Shown here: piece after piece, positions 1-14,829 of the stretch
Layout: each line of letters opens with the position of its first letter
How positions within the stretch are numbered: position 1 is the stretch's first letter
Assembly (NCBI GenBank): GCA_964658305.1
Contig: OZ210884.1
Span: 2,542,001 to 2,606,000 of the forward strand
From: Leptogorgia sarmentosa
Taxonomy: Eukaryota
Reading direction: 5' to 3'
DNA: 64,000 nucleotides
The notes under the pieces: generated by a model
What the model was told of the DNA's origin: nothing
Seen by the model: the letters and a program-made list of their open reading frames with translations, nothing else
Database searches by the model: none
Program-made: the position numbers and the translations under genes

Positions 1-1729
1 AGATTCCTTTGAAACAACGGGCTACCCATCATCATGCCCTTGCTCGTATTTTTATCACAGGTTTACGAAATTTTCGCTGCACATTGCTCTTGGCATGGTG
101 AATACGCATGGTAAATTTGGTGGCGACACCTTTCAAAATGGAAGCCACAGATGCAATCAAGTCCCTTCACCTGGTATTGTATATTTGCTATTGCTCCTGT
201 TGAGATTCCTTTGAAACAACGGGCTACCCATCATCATGCCCTTGCTCGTATTTTTATCACAGGTTTACGAAATTTTCGCTGCACATTGCTCTTGGCATGG
301 TGAATACGCATGGTAAATTTGGTGGCGACACCATTCAAAATGGAAGCCACAGAAGCAATCAAGTCCCTTCACCTGGTATGGTATATTTGCTATTGCTCCT
401 GTTGAGATTCCTTTGAAACAACGGGCTACCCTACATCATGCCCTTGCTCGTATTTTTATCACAGGTTTACAAAAGTTTCGCTGCACATTGCTCTTGGCAT
501 GATGAATACGCATGGTAAATTTGGTGGCGACACCATTCAAAATAGAAGCCACAGAAGCAATCAAGTCCCTTCACCTGGTATGGTATATTTGCTATTGCTA
601 CTGTTGAGATTCCTTTGAAACAACGGGCTACCCATCGTCATGCCCTTGCTCGTATTTTTATCACACGTTTACGAAAGTTTCGCTGCACATTGCTCTTGGC
701 ATGGTGAATACGCATGGTAAATTTGGTGGCGACACCATTCAAAATGGAAGCCACAGAAGCAATCAAGTCCCTTCACCTGGTATGGTATATTTGCTATTGC
801 TCCTGTTGAGATTCCTTTGAAACAACGGGCTACCCATCATCATGCCCTTGCTCGTATTTTTACCACAGGTTTACGAAATTTTCGCTGGATATTGCTCTTG
901 GCATGGTGAATACGCATAGTAAATTTGGTGGCGACACCATTTAAAATGGAAGCCACATGAGCAATCAAGTCCCTTCACCTGGTATGGTATATTTGCTATT
1001 GCTATTGCTCCTGTTCAGATTCCTTTGAAACAACGGGCTACCCATCATCATGCCCTTGCTCGTATTTTTATCACAGGTTTACGAAATTTTCGCTGCGCAT
1101 TGCTCTTGGCATGGTGAATACGCATGGTAAATTTGGTGGCGACACCATTCAAAATGGAAGCCACAGAAGCAATCAAGTCCCTTCACCTGGTATGGTATAT
1201 TTGCTATTGCTATTGCTCCTGTTGAGATTCCTTTGAAACAACGGGCTACCCATCATCATGCCATTGCTCGTATTTGTATCACAGGTTTACGAAATTTTCG
1301 CTGCACATTGCTCTTGGCATGCTGAATACGCATGGTAAATTTGGTGGCGACACCATTCAAAATGGAAGCCACAGAAGCAATCAAGTCCCTTCACCTGGTA
1401 TGGTATATTTGATATTGCTCCTGTTGAGATTCTTTTGAAACAACGGGCAACCCATCATCATGCCCTTGCTCGTATTTTTATCACAGGTTTACGAAATTTT
1501 CGCTGCACATTGCTCTTGGCATGGTGAATACGCATGGTAAATTTGGTGGCGACACCATTCAAAATAGAAGCCACACAAGCAATCAAGTCCCTTCACCTGG
1601 TATAGTATATTTGCTATTGCTATTGCTCCTGTTGAGATTCCTTTGAAACAACGGGCTACCCATCATCATGCCCTTGCTCGTATTTTTATCACAGGTTTAC
1701 GAAATTTTCGCTGCACATTGCTCTTGGCA

Positions 1730-4330
1730 TGGTGAATTGGCATGGTAAATTTGGTGGCGACACCATTCAAAATGGAAGCCATGGAAGCAATCAAGTCCCT
1801 TCACCTGGTATGGTATATTTGCTATTGCTATTGCTCCTGTTGAGATTCCTTTGAAACAACGGGCTACCCATCATCATGCCCTTGCTCGTATTTTTATCAC
1901 AGGTTTACGAAATTTTCGCTGCACATTGCTCTTGAATATCGTGAATACGCATGGTAAATTTGGTGGCGACATTATTCAAAATGGAAGCCACAGAAGCAAT
2001 CAAGTCCCTTCACCTGGTATGGTATATTTGCGATTGCTATTGCTCCTGTTGAGATTCCTTTGAAACAACGGGCTACCCATCATCATGCCCTTGCTCATAT
2101 TTTTATCACAGGTTTTCAAAATTTTCGCTGCACATTGCTCTTGGCATGGTGAATACGCATGGTAAATTTGGTGGCGACACCATTCAAAATGGAAGCCACA
2201 GAAGCAATCAAGTCCCTTCACCTGGTATGGTATATTTGCTATTGCTATTGCTCCTGTTGAGATTCCTTTGAAACAACGGGCTACCCATCATCATGCCCTT
2301 GCTCGTATTTTTATCACAGGTTTACGAAATTTTCGCTGCACATTGCTCTTGGCATGGTGAATACGCATGGTAAATTTGGTGGCGACACCATTCAAAATGG
2401 AAGCCACAGAAGCAATCAAGTCCCTTCACCTGGTATGGTATATTTGCTATTGCTATTGCTCCTGTTGAGATTCCTTTGAAACAACGGGCTACCCATCATC
2501 ATGCCCTTGCTCGTATTTTTATCACAGGTTTACGAAATTTTCGCTGCACATTGCTCTTGGCATGGTGAATTGGCATGGTAAATTTGGTGGCGACACCATT
2601 CAAAATGGAAGCCACGGAAGCAATCAAGTCCCTTCACCTGGTATGGTATATTTGCTATTGCTATTGCTCCTGTTGAGATTCCTTTGAAACAACGGGCTAC
2701 CCATCATCATGCCCTTGCTCGTATTTTTATCACAGGTTTACGAAATTTTCGCTGCACATTGCTCTTGAATATCGTGAATACGCATGGTAAATTTGGTGGC
2801 GACATTATTCAAAATGGAAGCCACAGAAGCAATCAAGTCCCTTCACCTGGTATGGTATATTTGCGATTGCTATTGCTCCTGTTGAGATTCCTTTGAAACA
2901 ACGGGCTACCCATCATCATGCCCTTGCTCATATTTTTATCACAGGTTTTCAAAATTTTCGCTGCACATTGCTCTTGGCATGGTGAATACGCATGGTAAAT
3001 TTGGTGGCGACACCATTCAAAATGGAAGCCACAGAAGCAATCAAGTCCCTTCACCTGGTATGGTATATTTGCTATTGCTATTGCTCCTGTTGAGATTCCT
3101 TTGAAACAACGGGCTACCCATCATCATGCCCTTGCTCGTATTTTTATCACAGGTTTACGAAATTTTCGCTGCACATTGCTCTTGGCATGGTGAATACGCA
3201 TGGTAAATTTGGTGGCGACACCATTCAAAATGGAAGCCACAGAAGCAATCAAGTCCCTTCACCTGGTATGGTATATTTGCTATTGCTATTGCTCCTGTTG
3301 AGATTCCTTTGAAACAACGGGCTACCCATCATCATGCCCTTGCTCGTATTTTTATCACAGGTTTACGAAATTTTCGCTGCACATTGCTCTTGGCATGGTG
3401 AATACGCATGGTAAATTTGGTGGCGACACCATTCAAAATGGAAGCCACAGAAGCAATCAAGTCCCTTCACCTGGTATGGTATATTTGCTATTGCTCCTGT
3501 TGAGATTCCTTTGAAACAACGGGCTACCCATCATCATGCCCTTGCTCGTATTTTTACCACAGGTTTACCAAATTTTCGCTGGATATTGCTCTTAGCATGG
3601 TGAATACGCATGGTAAATTTGGTGGCGACACCATTCAAAATGGAAGCAGCAGAAGCAATCAAGTCCCTTCACCTGGTATGGTATATTTGCTATTGCTATT
3701 GCTCCTGTTGAGATTCCTTTGAAACAACGGGCTACCCATCATCATGCCCTTGCTCGTATTTTTATCACAGGTTTACGAAATTTTCGCTGCACATTGCTCT
3801 TGGCATGGTGAATTGGCATGGTAAATTTGGTGGCGACACCATTCAAAATGGAAGCCACGGAAGCAATCAAGTCCCTTCACCTGGTATGGTATATTTGCTA
3901 TTGCTATTGCTCCTGTTGAGATTCCTTTGAAACAACGGGCTACCCATCATCATGCCCTTGCTCGTATTTTTATCACAGGTTTACGAAATTTTCGCTGCAC
4001 ATTGCTCTTGAATATCGTGAATACGCATGGTAAATTTGGTGGCGACATTATTCAAAATGGAAGCCACAGAAGCAATCAAGTCCCTTCACCTGGTATGGTA
4101 TATTTGCGATTGCTATTGCTCCTGTTGAGATTCCTTTGAAACAACGGGCTACCCATCATCATGCCCTTGCTCATATTTTTATCACAGGTTTTCAAAATTT
4201 TCGCTGCACATTGCTCTTGGCATGGTGAATACGCATGGTAAATTTGGTGGCGACACCATTCAAAATGGAAGCCACAGAAGCAATCAAGTCCCTTCACCTG
4301 GTATGGTATATTTGCTATTGCTATTGCTCC
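1730..4330. repeat. Local 4-monomer (833-bp) higher-order repeat, three copies
   Basis: The same run of private variants (GAATTGGCATGG, CTCTTGAATATCGTG, GACATTATT, TTTGCGATT, GCTCATATT, TTTTCAAAATT) recurs with ORF-track starts at 1851, 2684 (+833) and 3927 (+1243, two extra monomers). Confidence 0.9.
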
Positions 4331-7300
4331 TGTTGAGATTCCTTTGAAACAACGGGCTACCCATCATCATGCCCTTGCTCGTATTTTTATCACAGGTTTA
4401 CGAAATTTTCGCTGCACATTGCTCTTGGCAAGGTGAATACGCATGGTAAATTTGGTGGCGACACCATTCAAAATGGAAGCCACAGAAGCAATCAAGTCCC
4501 TTCACCTGGTATGGTATATTTGCTATTGCTATTGCTCCTGTTGAGATTCCTTTGAAACAACGGGCTACCCATCATCATGCCCTTGCTCGTATTTTTATCA
4601 CAGGTTTACGAAATTTTCGCTGCACATTGCTCTTGGCATGGTGAATACGCATGGTAAATTTGGTGGCGACACCATTCAAAATGGAAGCCACAGAAGCAAT
4701 CAAGTCCCTTCACCTGGTATGGTATATTTGCTATTGCTCCTGTTGAGATTCCTTTGAAACAACGGGCTACCCATCATCATGCCCTTGCTCGTATTTTTAC
4801 CACTGGTTTACCAAATTTTCGCTGGATATTGCTCTTGGCATGGTGAATACGCATAGTAAATTTGGTGGCGACATCATTCAAAATGGAAGCCACAGAAGCA
4901 ATCAAGTCCCTTCACCTGGTATGGTATATTTGCTATTGCTCCTGTTGAGATTCCTTTGAAACAACGGGCTACCCATCATCATGCCCTTGCTCGTATTTTT
5001 ATCACAGGTTTACGAAATTTTCGCTGCACATTGCCCTTGGCATGCTGAATACGCATGGTAAATTTGGTGGCGACACCATTCAAAATGGAAGCCACAGGAG
5101 CAATCAAGTCCCTTCACCTGGTATGGTATATTTGCTATTGCTATTGCTCCTGTTGAGATTCCTTTGAAACAACGGGCTACCCATCATCATGCCCTTGCTC
5201 GTATTTTTATCACAGGTTTACGAAATTTTCGCTGCACATTGCTCTTGGCATGGTGAATACGCATGGTAAATTTGGTGGCGACACCATTCAAAATGGAAGC
5301 CACACAAGCAATCAAGTCCCTTCACCTGGTATGGTATATTTGCTATTGCTATTGCTCCTGTTGAGATTCCTTTGAAACAACGGGCTACCCATCATCATGC
5401 CCTTGCTCGTATTTTTATCACAGGTTTACGAAATTTTCGCTGCACATTGCTCTTGGCATGCTGAATACGCATGGTAAATTTGGTGGCGACACCATTCAAA
5501 ATGGAAGCCACAGGAGCAATCAAGTCCCTTCACCTGGTATGGTATATTTGCTATTGCTATTGCTCCTGTTGAGATTCCTTTGAAACAACGGGCTACCCAT
5601 CATCATGCCCTTGCTCGTATTTTTATCACAGGTTTACGAAATTTTCGCTGCACATTGCTCTTGGCATGGTGAATACGCATGGTAAATTTGGTGGCGACAC
5701 CATTCAAAATGGAAGCCACACAAGCAATCAAGTCCCTTCACCTGGTATGGTATATTTGCTATTGCTCCTGTTGAGATTCCTTTGAAACAACGGGCTACCC
5801 ATCATCATACCCTTGCTCGTATTTTTATCACAGGTTTAGGAAATTTTCGCTGCACATTGCTCTTGGCATGGTGAATACGCATGGTAAATTTGGTGGTGAC
5901 ACCATTCAAAATGGAAGCCACAGAAGCAATCAAGTCCCTTCACCTGGTATGGTATATTTGCTATTGCTATTGCTCCTGTTGAGATTCCTTTGAAACAACG
6001 GGCTACCCTTCATCATGCCCTTGCTCGTATTTTTATCACAGGTTTACGAAATTTTCGCTGCACATTGCTCTTGGCATGGTGAATACGCATGGTAAATTTG
6101 GTGGCGACACCATTCAAAATGGAAGCCACAGAAGCAATCAAGTCCCTTCACCTGGTATGGTATATTTGCTATTGCTATTGCTCCTGTTGAGATTCCTTTG
6201 AAACAACGGGCTACTCATCATCATGCCCTTGCTCGTATTTTTATCACAGGTTTACGAAATTTTCGCTGCACATTGCTCTTGGCATGGTGAATACGCATGG
6301 TAAATTTGGTGGTGACAACATTCAAAATGGAAGCCACAGAAGCAATCAAGTCCCTTCACCTGGTATGGTATATTTGCTATTGGTCCTGTTGAGATTCCTT
6401 TGAAACAACGGGCTACCCATCATCATGCCCTTGCTCGTATTTTTATCACAGGTTTACGAAATTTTCGCTGCACATTGCTCTTGGCATGATGAATACGCAT
6501 GGTAAATTTGGTGGCGACACCATTCAAAATGGAAGCCACAGAAGCAATCAAGTCACTTCGCCTGGTATGGTATATTTGCTATTGCTATTGCTCCTGTTGA
6601 GATTCCTTTGAAACAACGGGCTACCCATCATCATGCCCTTGCTCGTATTTTTATCACAGGTTTACGAAATTTTCGCTGCACATTGCTCTTGGCATGGTGA
6701 ATACGCATGGTAAATTTGGTGGCGACACCTTTCAAAATGGAAGCCACAGATGCAATCAAGTCCCTTCACCTGGTATGGTATATTTGCTATTGCTCCTGTT
6801 GAGATTCCTTTGAAACAACGGGCTACCCATCATCATGCCCTTGCTCGTATTTTTATCACAGGTTTACGAAATTTTCGCTGCACATTGCTCTTGGCATGGT
6901 GAATACGCATGGTAAATTTGGTGGCGACACCATTCAAAATGGAAGCCACAGAAGCAATCAAGTCCCTTCACCTGGTATGGTATATTTGCTATTGCTACTG
7001 TTGAGATTCCTTTGAAACAACGGGCTACCCATCGTCATGCCCTTGCTCGTATTTTTATCACACGTTTACGAAATTTTCGCTGCACATTGCTCTCGGCATG
7101 GTGAATACGCATGGTCAATTTGGTGGCGACACCATTCAAAATGGAAGCCACAGAAGCAATCAAGTCCCTTCACCTGGTATGGTATATTTGCTATTGCTCC
7201 TGTTGAGATTCCTTTGAAACAACGGGCTACCCATCATCATGCCCTTGCTCGTATTTTTATCACAGGTTTACAAAAGTTTCACTGCACATTGCTCTTGGCA

Positions 7301-10300
7301 TGATGAATACGCATGGTAAATTTGGTGGCGACACCATTCAAAATGGAAGCCACAGAAGCAATCAAGTCCCTTCACCTGGTATGGTATATTTGCTATTGCT
7401 CCTGTTGAGATTCCTTTGAAACAACGGGCTACCCATCATCATGCCCTTGCTCGTATTTTTATCACAGGTTTACAAAAGTTTCGCTGCACATTGCTCTTGG
7501 CATGATGAATACGCATGGTAAATTTGGTGGCGACACCATTCAAAATGGAAGCCACAGAAGCAATCAAGTCCCTTCACCTGGTATGGTATATTCGCTATTG
7601 CTACTGTTGAGATTCCTTTGAAACAACGGGCTACCCATCGTCATGCCCTTGCTCGTATTTTTATCACACGTTTACGAAAGTTTCGCTGCACATTGCTCTT
7701 GGCATGGTGAATACGCATGGTAAATTTGGTGGCGACACCATTCAAAATGGAAGCCACATAAGCAATCAAGTCCCTTCACCTGGTATGGTATATTTGCTAT
7801 TGCTATTGCTCCTGTTGAGATTCCTTTGAAACAACGGGCTACCCATCATCATGCCCTTGCTCGTATTTTTATGACAGGTTTACGAAATTTTCGCTGCACA
7901 TTGCTCTCTGCATGGTGAATACGCATGGTAAATTTGGTGGCGACACCATTCAAAATGGAAGCCACTGAAGCAATCAAGTCCCTTCGCCTGGTATGGTATA
8001 TTTGCTATTGCTATTGCTCCTGTTGAGATTCCTTTGAAACAACGGGCTACCCATTATCATGCCCTGGCTCGTATTTTTATCACAGGTTTACGAAATTTTC
8101 GCTGGACATTGCTCTTGGCATGGCGAATAGGCATGGTAAATTTGGTGGCGACACCATTCAAAATGGAAGCCACAGAAGCAATCAAGTCCCTTCACCTGGT
8201 ATGGTATATTTGCTATTGCTCCTGTTGAGATTCCTTTGAAACAACGGGCTACCCATCATCATGCCCTTGCTCGTATTTTTATCACAGGTTTAGGAAATTT
8301 TCGCTGCACATTGCTCTTGGCATGGTGAATACGCATGGTAAATTTGGTGGTGACACCATTCAAAATGGAAGCCACAGAAGCAATCAAGTCCCTTCACCTG
8401 GTATGGTATATTTGCTATTGCTATTGCTCCTGTTGAGATTCCTTTGAAACAACGGGCTACTCATCATCATGCCCTTGCTCGTATTTTTATCACAGGTTTA
8501 CGAAATTTTCGCTGCACATTGCTCTTGGCATGGTGAATACGCATGGTAAATTTGGTGGTGACAACATTCAAAATGGAAGCCACAGAAGCAATCAAGTCCC
8601 GTCACCTGGTATGGTATATTTGCTATTGGTCCTGTTGAGATTCCTTTGAAACAACGGGCTACCCATCATCATGCCCTTGCTCGTATTTTTATCACAGGTT
8701 TACGAAATTTTCGCTGCACATTGCTCTTGGCATGATGAATAGGCATGGTAAATTTGGTGGCGACACCATTCAAAATGGAAGCCACAGAAGCAATCAAGTC
8801 ACTTCGCCTGGTATGGTATATTTGCTATTGCTATTGCTCCTGTTGAGATTCCTTTGAAACAACGGGCTACCCATCATCATGCCCTTGCTCGTATTTTTAT
8901 CGCAGGTTTACGAAATTTTCACTGCACATTGCTCTTGGCATGGTGAATACGCATGATAAATTTGGTGGCGACACCATTCAAAATGGAAGCCACAGAAGCA
9001 ATCATGTCCCTTCACCAGGTATGGTATATTTGCTATTGCTATTGCTCCTGTTGAGATTCCTTTGAAACAACGGGCTACCCATCACCATGCCCTTGCTCGT
9101 TTTTTATCACAGGTTTATGAAATTTTTGCTGCACATTGCTCTTGGCATGGTGAATACGCATGGTAAATTTGGTGGCGACACCTTTTAAAATGGAAGCCAC
9201 AGATGCAATCAAGTCCCTTCACCTGGTATGGTATATTTGCTATTGCTCCTGTTGAGATTCCTTTGAAACAACGGGCTACCCATCATCATGCCCTTGCTCG
9301 TATTTTTATCACAGGTTTACGAAATTTTCGCTGCACATTGCTCTCGGCATGGTGAATACGCATGGTCAATTTGGTGGCGACACCATTCAAAATGGAAGCC
9401 ACAGAAGCAATCAAGTCCCTTCACCTGGTATGGTATATTTGCTATTGCTCCTGTTGAGATTCCTTTTAAACAACGGGCTACCCATCATCATGCCCTTGCT
9501 CGTATTTTTATCACAGGTTTACAAAAGTTTCGCTGCACATTGCTCTTGGCATGATGAATACGCATGGTAAATTTGGTGGCGACACCATTCAAAATGGAAG
9601 CCACAGAAGCAATCAAGTCCCTTCACCTGGTATGGTATATTTGCTATTGCTACTGTTGAGATTCCTTTGAAACAACGGGCTACCCATCGTCATGCCCTTG
9701 CTCGTATTTTTATCACACGTTTACGAAAGTTTCGCTGCACATTGCTCTTGGCATGGTGAATACGCATGGTAAATTTGGTGGCGACACCATTCAAAATGGA
9801 AGCCACAGAAGCAATCAAGTCTTTTCAACTGGTATGCTATATTTGCTATTGCTATTGCTCCTGTTGAAATTCCTTTGAAACAACGGGCTACCCATTATCA
9901 TGCCCTTGCTCGTATTTTTATCACAGGTTTACGAAATTTTCGCTGCACATTGCACTTGGCATGGTGAATACGCATGGTAAATTTGGTGGCGACACCATTC
10001 AAAATGGAAGCCACATAAGCAATCAAGTCCCTTCACCTGGTATGGTATATTTGCTATTGCTATTGCTCCTGTTGAGATTCCTTTGAAACAACGGGCTACC
10101 CATCATCATGCCCTTGCTCGTATTTTTATGACAGGTTTACGAAATTTTCGCTGCACATTGCTCTCTGCATGGTGAATACGCATGGTAAATTTGGTGGCGA
10201 CACCATTCAAAATGGAAGCCACAGAAGCAATCAAGTCTTTTCAACTGGTATGCTATATTTGCTATTGCTATTGCTCCTGTTGAAATTCCTTTGAAACAAC

Positions 10301-13300
10301 GGGCTACCCATTATCATGCCCTTGCTCGTATTTTTATCACAGGTTTACGAAATTTTCGCTGCACATTGCACTTGGCATGGTGAATACGCATGGTAAATTT
10401 GGTGGCGACACCATTCAAAATGGAAGCCACATAAGCAATCAAGTCCCTTCACCTGGTATGGTATATTTGCTATTGCTATTGCTCCTGTTGAGATTCCTTT
10501 GAAACAACGGGCTACCCATCATCATGCCCTTGCTCGTATTTTTATGACAGGTTTACGAAATTTTCGCTGCACATTGCTCTCTGCATGGTGAATACGCATG
10601 GTAAATTTGGTGGCGACACCATTCAAAATGGAAGCCACTGAAGCAATCAAGTCCCTTCGCCTGGTATGGTATATTTGCTATTGCTATTGCTCCTGTTGAG
10701 ATTCCTTTGAAACAACGGGCTACCCATTATCATGCCCTGGCTCGTATTTTTATCACAGGTTTACGAAATTTTCGCTGGACATTGCTCTTGGCATGGCGAA
10801 TACGCATGGTAAATTTGGTGGCGACACCATTCAAAATGGAAGCCACAGAAGCAATCAAGTCCCTTCACCTGGTATGGTATATTTGGTATTGCTATTGCTC
10901 CTGTTGAGATTCCTTTGAAACAACGGGCTACACATCATCATGCCCTTGCTCGTATTTTTATCACAGGTTTACGAAATTTTCGCTGCACATTGCTCTTGGC
11001 ATGGTGAATACGCATGGTAAATTTGGTGGCGACACCATTCAAAATGGAAGCCACAGAAGCAATCAAGTCCCTTCAGCTGGTATGGTATATTTGCTATTGC
11101 TATTGCTCCTATTGAGATTCCTTTGAAACAACGGGCTACCCATCATCATGCCCTTGCTCGTATTTTTATCACAGGTTTACGAAATTTTCGCTGCACATTG
11201 CTCTTGGCATGGTGAATACGCATGGTAAATTTGGTAGCGACACCATTCAAAATGGAAGCCACAGAAGCAATCAAGTCCCTTCAGCTGGTATGGTATATTT
11301 GCTATTGCTATTGCTCCTGTTGAGATTCCTTTGAAACAACGGGCTACCCATCATCATGCCCTTGCTCGTATTTTTATCACAGGTTTACGAAATTTTCGCT
11401 GCACATTGCTCTTGGCATGGTGAATACGCATGGTAAATTTGGTAGCGACACCATTCAAAATGGAAGCCACAGAAGCAATCAAGTTCCTTTACCTGGTATG
11501 GTATATTTGCTATCGCTATTGCTCCTGTTGAGATTCCTTTGAAACAACGGGCTACCCATCATCATGCCCTTGCTCGTATTTTTATCACAGGTTTACGACA
11601 TTTTCGCTGCACATTCCTCTTTGCATGGTGAATACGCATGGTAAATTTGGTGGCGACACCATTCAAAATGGAAGCCACAGAAGCAATCAAGTCCCTTCAC
11701 CTGTTATGGTATATTTACTATTGCTATTGCTCCTGTTGAGATTCCTTTGAAACAACGGGCTACCCATCGTCATGCCCTTGCTCGTATTTTTATCACGCGT
11801 TTACGAAATTTTCGCTGCACATTGCTCTCGGCATGGTGAATACGCATGGTCAATTTGGTGGCGACACCATTCAAAATGGAAGCCACAGAAGCAATCAAGT
11901 CCCTTCACCTGGTATGGTATATTTGCTATTGCTCCTGTTGAGATTCCTTTGAAACAACGGGCTACCCATCATCATGCCCTTGCTCGTATTTTTATCACAG
12001 GTTTACAAAAGTTTCGCTGCACATTGCTCTTGGCATGATGAATACGCATGGTAAATTTGGTGGCGACACCATTCAAAATGGAAGCCACAGAAGCAATCAA
12101 GTCCCTTCACCTGGTATGGTATATTTGCTATTGCTACTGTTGAGATTCCTTTGAAACAACGGGCTACCCATCGTCATGCCCTTGCTCGTATTTTTATCAC
12201 ACGTTTACGAAAGTTTCGCTGCACATTGCTCTTGGCATGGTGAATACGCATGGTAAATTTGGTGGCGACACCATTCAAAATGGAAGCCACAGAAGCAATC
12301 AAGTCTTTTCAACTGGTATGGTATATTTGCTATTGCTATTGCTCCTGTTGAAATTCCTTTGAAACAACGGGCTACCCATTATCATGCCCTTGCTCGTATT
12401 TTTATCACAGGTTTACGAAATTTTCGCTGCACATTGCACTTGGCATGGTGAATACGCATGGTAAATTTGGTGGCGACACCATTCAAAATGGAAGCCACAT
12501 AAGCAATCAAGTCCCTTCACCTGGTATGGTATATTTGCTATTGCTATTGCTCCTGTTGAGATTCCTTTGAAACAACGGGCTACCCATCATCATGCCCTTG
12601 CTCGTATTTTTATGACAGGTTTACGAAATTTTCGCTGCACATTGCTCTCTGCATGGTGAATACGCATGGTAAATTTGGTGGCGACACCATTCAAAATGGA
12701 AGCCACTGAAGCAATCAAGTCCCTTCGCCTGGTATGGTATATTTGCTATTGCTATTGCTCCTATTGAGATTCCTTTGAAACAACGGGCTACCCATTATCA
12801 TGCCCTGGCTCGTATTTTTATTACAGGTTTACGAAATTTTCGCTGGACATTGCTCTTGGCATGGCGAATAGGCATGGTAAATTTGGTGGCGACACCATTC
12901 AAAATGGAAGCCACAGAAGCAATCAAGTCCCTTCACCTGGTATGGTATATTTGCTATTGCTCCTGTTGAGATTCCTTTGAAACAACGGGCTACCCATCAC
13001 CATGCCCTTGCTCGTATTTTTATCACAGGTTTAGGAAATTTTCGCTGCAGATTGCTCTCTGCATGGTGAATACGCATGGTAAATTTGGTGGCGACACCAT
13101 TCAAAATGGAAGCCACTGAAGCAATCAAGTCCCTTCGCCTGGTATGGTATATTTGCTATTGCTATTGCTCCTGTTGAGATTCCTTTGAAACAACGGGCTA
13201 CCCATTATCATGCCCTGGCTCGTATTTTTATCACAGGTTTACGAAATTTTTGCTGGACATTGCTCTTGGCATGGTGAATACGCATGGTAAATTTGGTGGC

Positions 13301-14829
13301 GACACCTTTCAAAATGGAAGCCACAGATGCAATCAAGTCCCTTCACCTGGTATGGTATATTTGCTATTGCTCCTGTTGAGATTCCTTTGAAACAACGGGC
13401 TACCCATCATCATGCCCTTGCTCGTATTTTTATCACAGGTTTACGAAATTTTCGCTGAACATTGCTCTTGGCATGGTGAATACGCATGGTAAATTTGGTG
13501 GCGACACCATTCAAAATGGAAGCCACAGAAGCAATCAAGTCCCTTCACCTGGTATGGTATATTTGCTATTGCTACTGTTGAGATTCCTTTGAAACAACGG
13601 GCTACCCATCGTCATGCCCTTGCTCGTATTTTTATCACACGTTTACGAAAGTTTCGCTGCACATTGCTCTTGGCATGCTGAATACGCATGGTAAATTTGG
13701 TGGCGACACCATTCAAAATGGAAGCCACAGAAGCAATCAAGTCTTTTCAACTGGTATGGTATATTTGCTATTGCTATTGCTCCTGTTGAAATTCCTTTGA
13801 AACAACGGGCTACCCATTATCATGCCCTTGCTCGTATTTTTATCACAGGTTTACGAAATTTTCGCTACACATTGCACTTGGCATGGTGAATACGCATGGT
13901 AAATTTGGTGGCGACACCATTCAAAATGGAAGCCACATAAGCAATCAAGTCCCTTCACCTGGTATGGTATATTTGCTATTGCTATTGCTCCTGTTGAGAT
14001 TCCTTTGAAACAACGGGCTACCCATGATCATGCCCTTGCTCGTATTTTTATGACAGGTTTACGAAATTTTCGCTGCACATTGCTCTCTGCATGGTGAATA
14101 CGCATGGTAAATTTGGTGGCGACACCATTCAAAATGGAAGCCACTGAAGCAATCAAGTCCCTTCGCCTGGTATGGTATATTTGCTATTGCTATTGCTCCT
14201 GTTGAGATTCCTTTGAAACAACGGGCTACCCATTATCATGCCCTGGCTCGTATTTTTATCACAGGTTTACGAAATTTTCGCTGGACATTGCTCTTGGCAT
14301 GGCGAATACGCATGGTAAATTTGGTGGCGACACCATTCAAAATGGAAGCCACAGAAGCAATCAAGTCCCTTCACCTGGTATGGTATATTTGCTATTGCTC
14401 CTGTTGAGATTCCTTTGAAACAACGGGCTACCCATCATCATGCCCTTGCTCGTATTTTTATCACAGGTTTAGGAAATTTTCGCTGCAGATTGCTCTCTGC
14501 ATGGTGAATACGCATGGTAAATTTGGTGGCGACACCATTCAAAATGGAAGCCACTGAAGCAATCAAGTCCCTTCGCCTGGTATGGTATATTTGCTATTGC
14601 TATTGCTCCTGTTGAGATTCCTTTGAAACAACGGGCTACCCATTATCATGCCCATGCTCGTATTTTTATCACAGGTTTACGAAATTTTCGCTGGACATTG
14701 CTCTTGGCATGGCGAATACGCATGGTAAATTTGGTGGCGACACCATTCAAAATGGAAGCCACAGAAGCAATCAAGTCCCTTCACCTGGTATGGTATATTT
14801 GCTATTGCTCCTGTTGAGATTCCTTTGAA

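Noticed and set aside
3..22. CENP-B box-like TTCCTTTGAAACAACGGG
   Set aside because: It resembles TTCGTTGGAAACGGGA only after removing 3 nt, and it lacks the TTCG CpG and the TTCG-N4-A-N2-CGGG spacing required for the canonical box.
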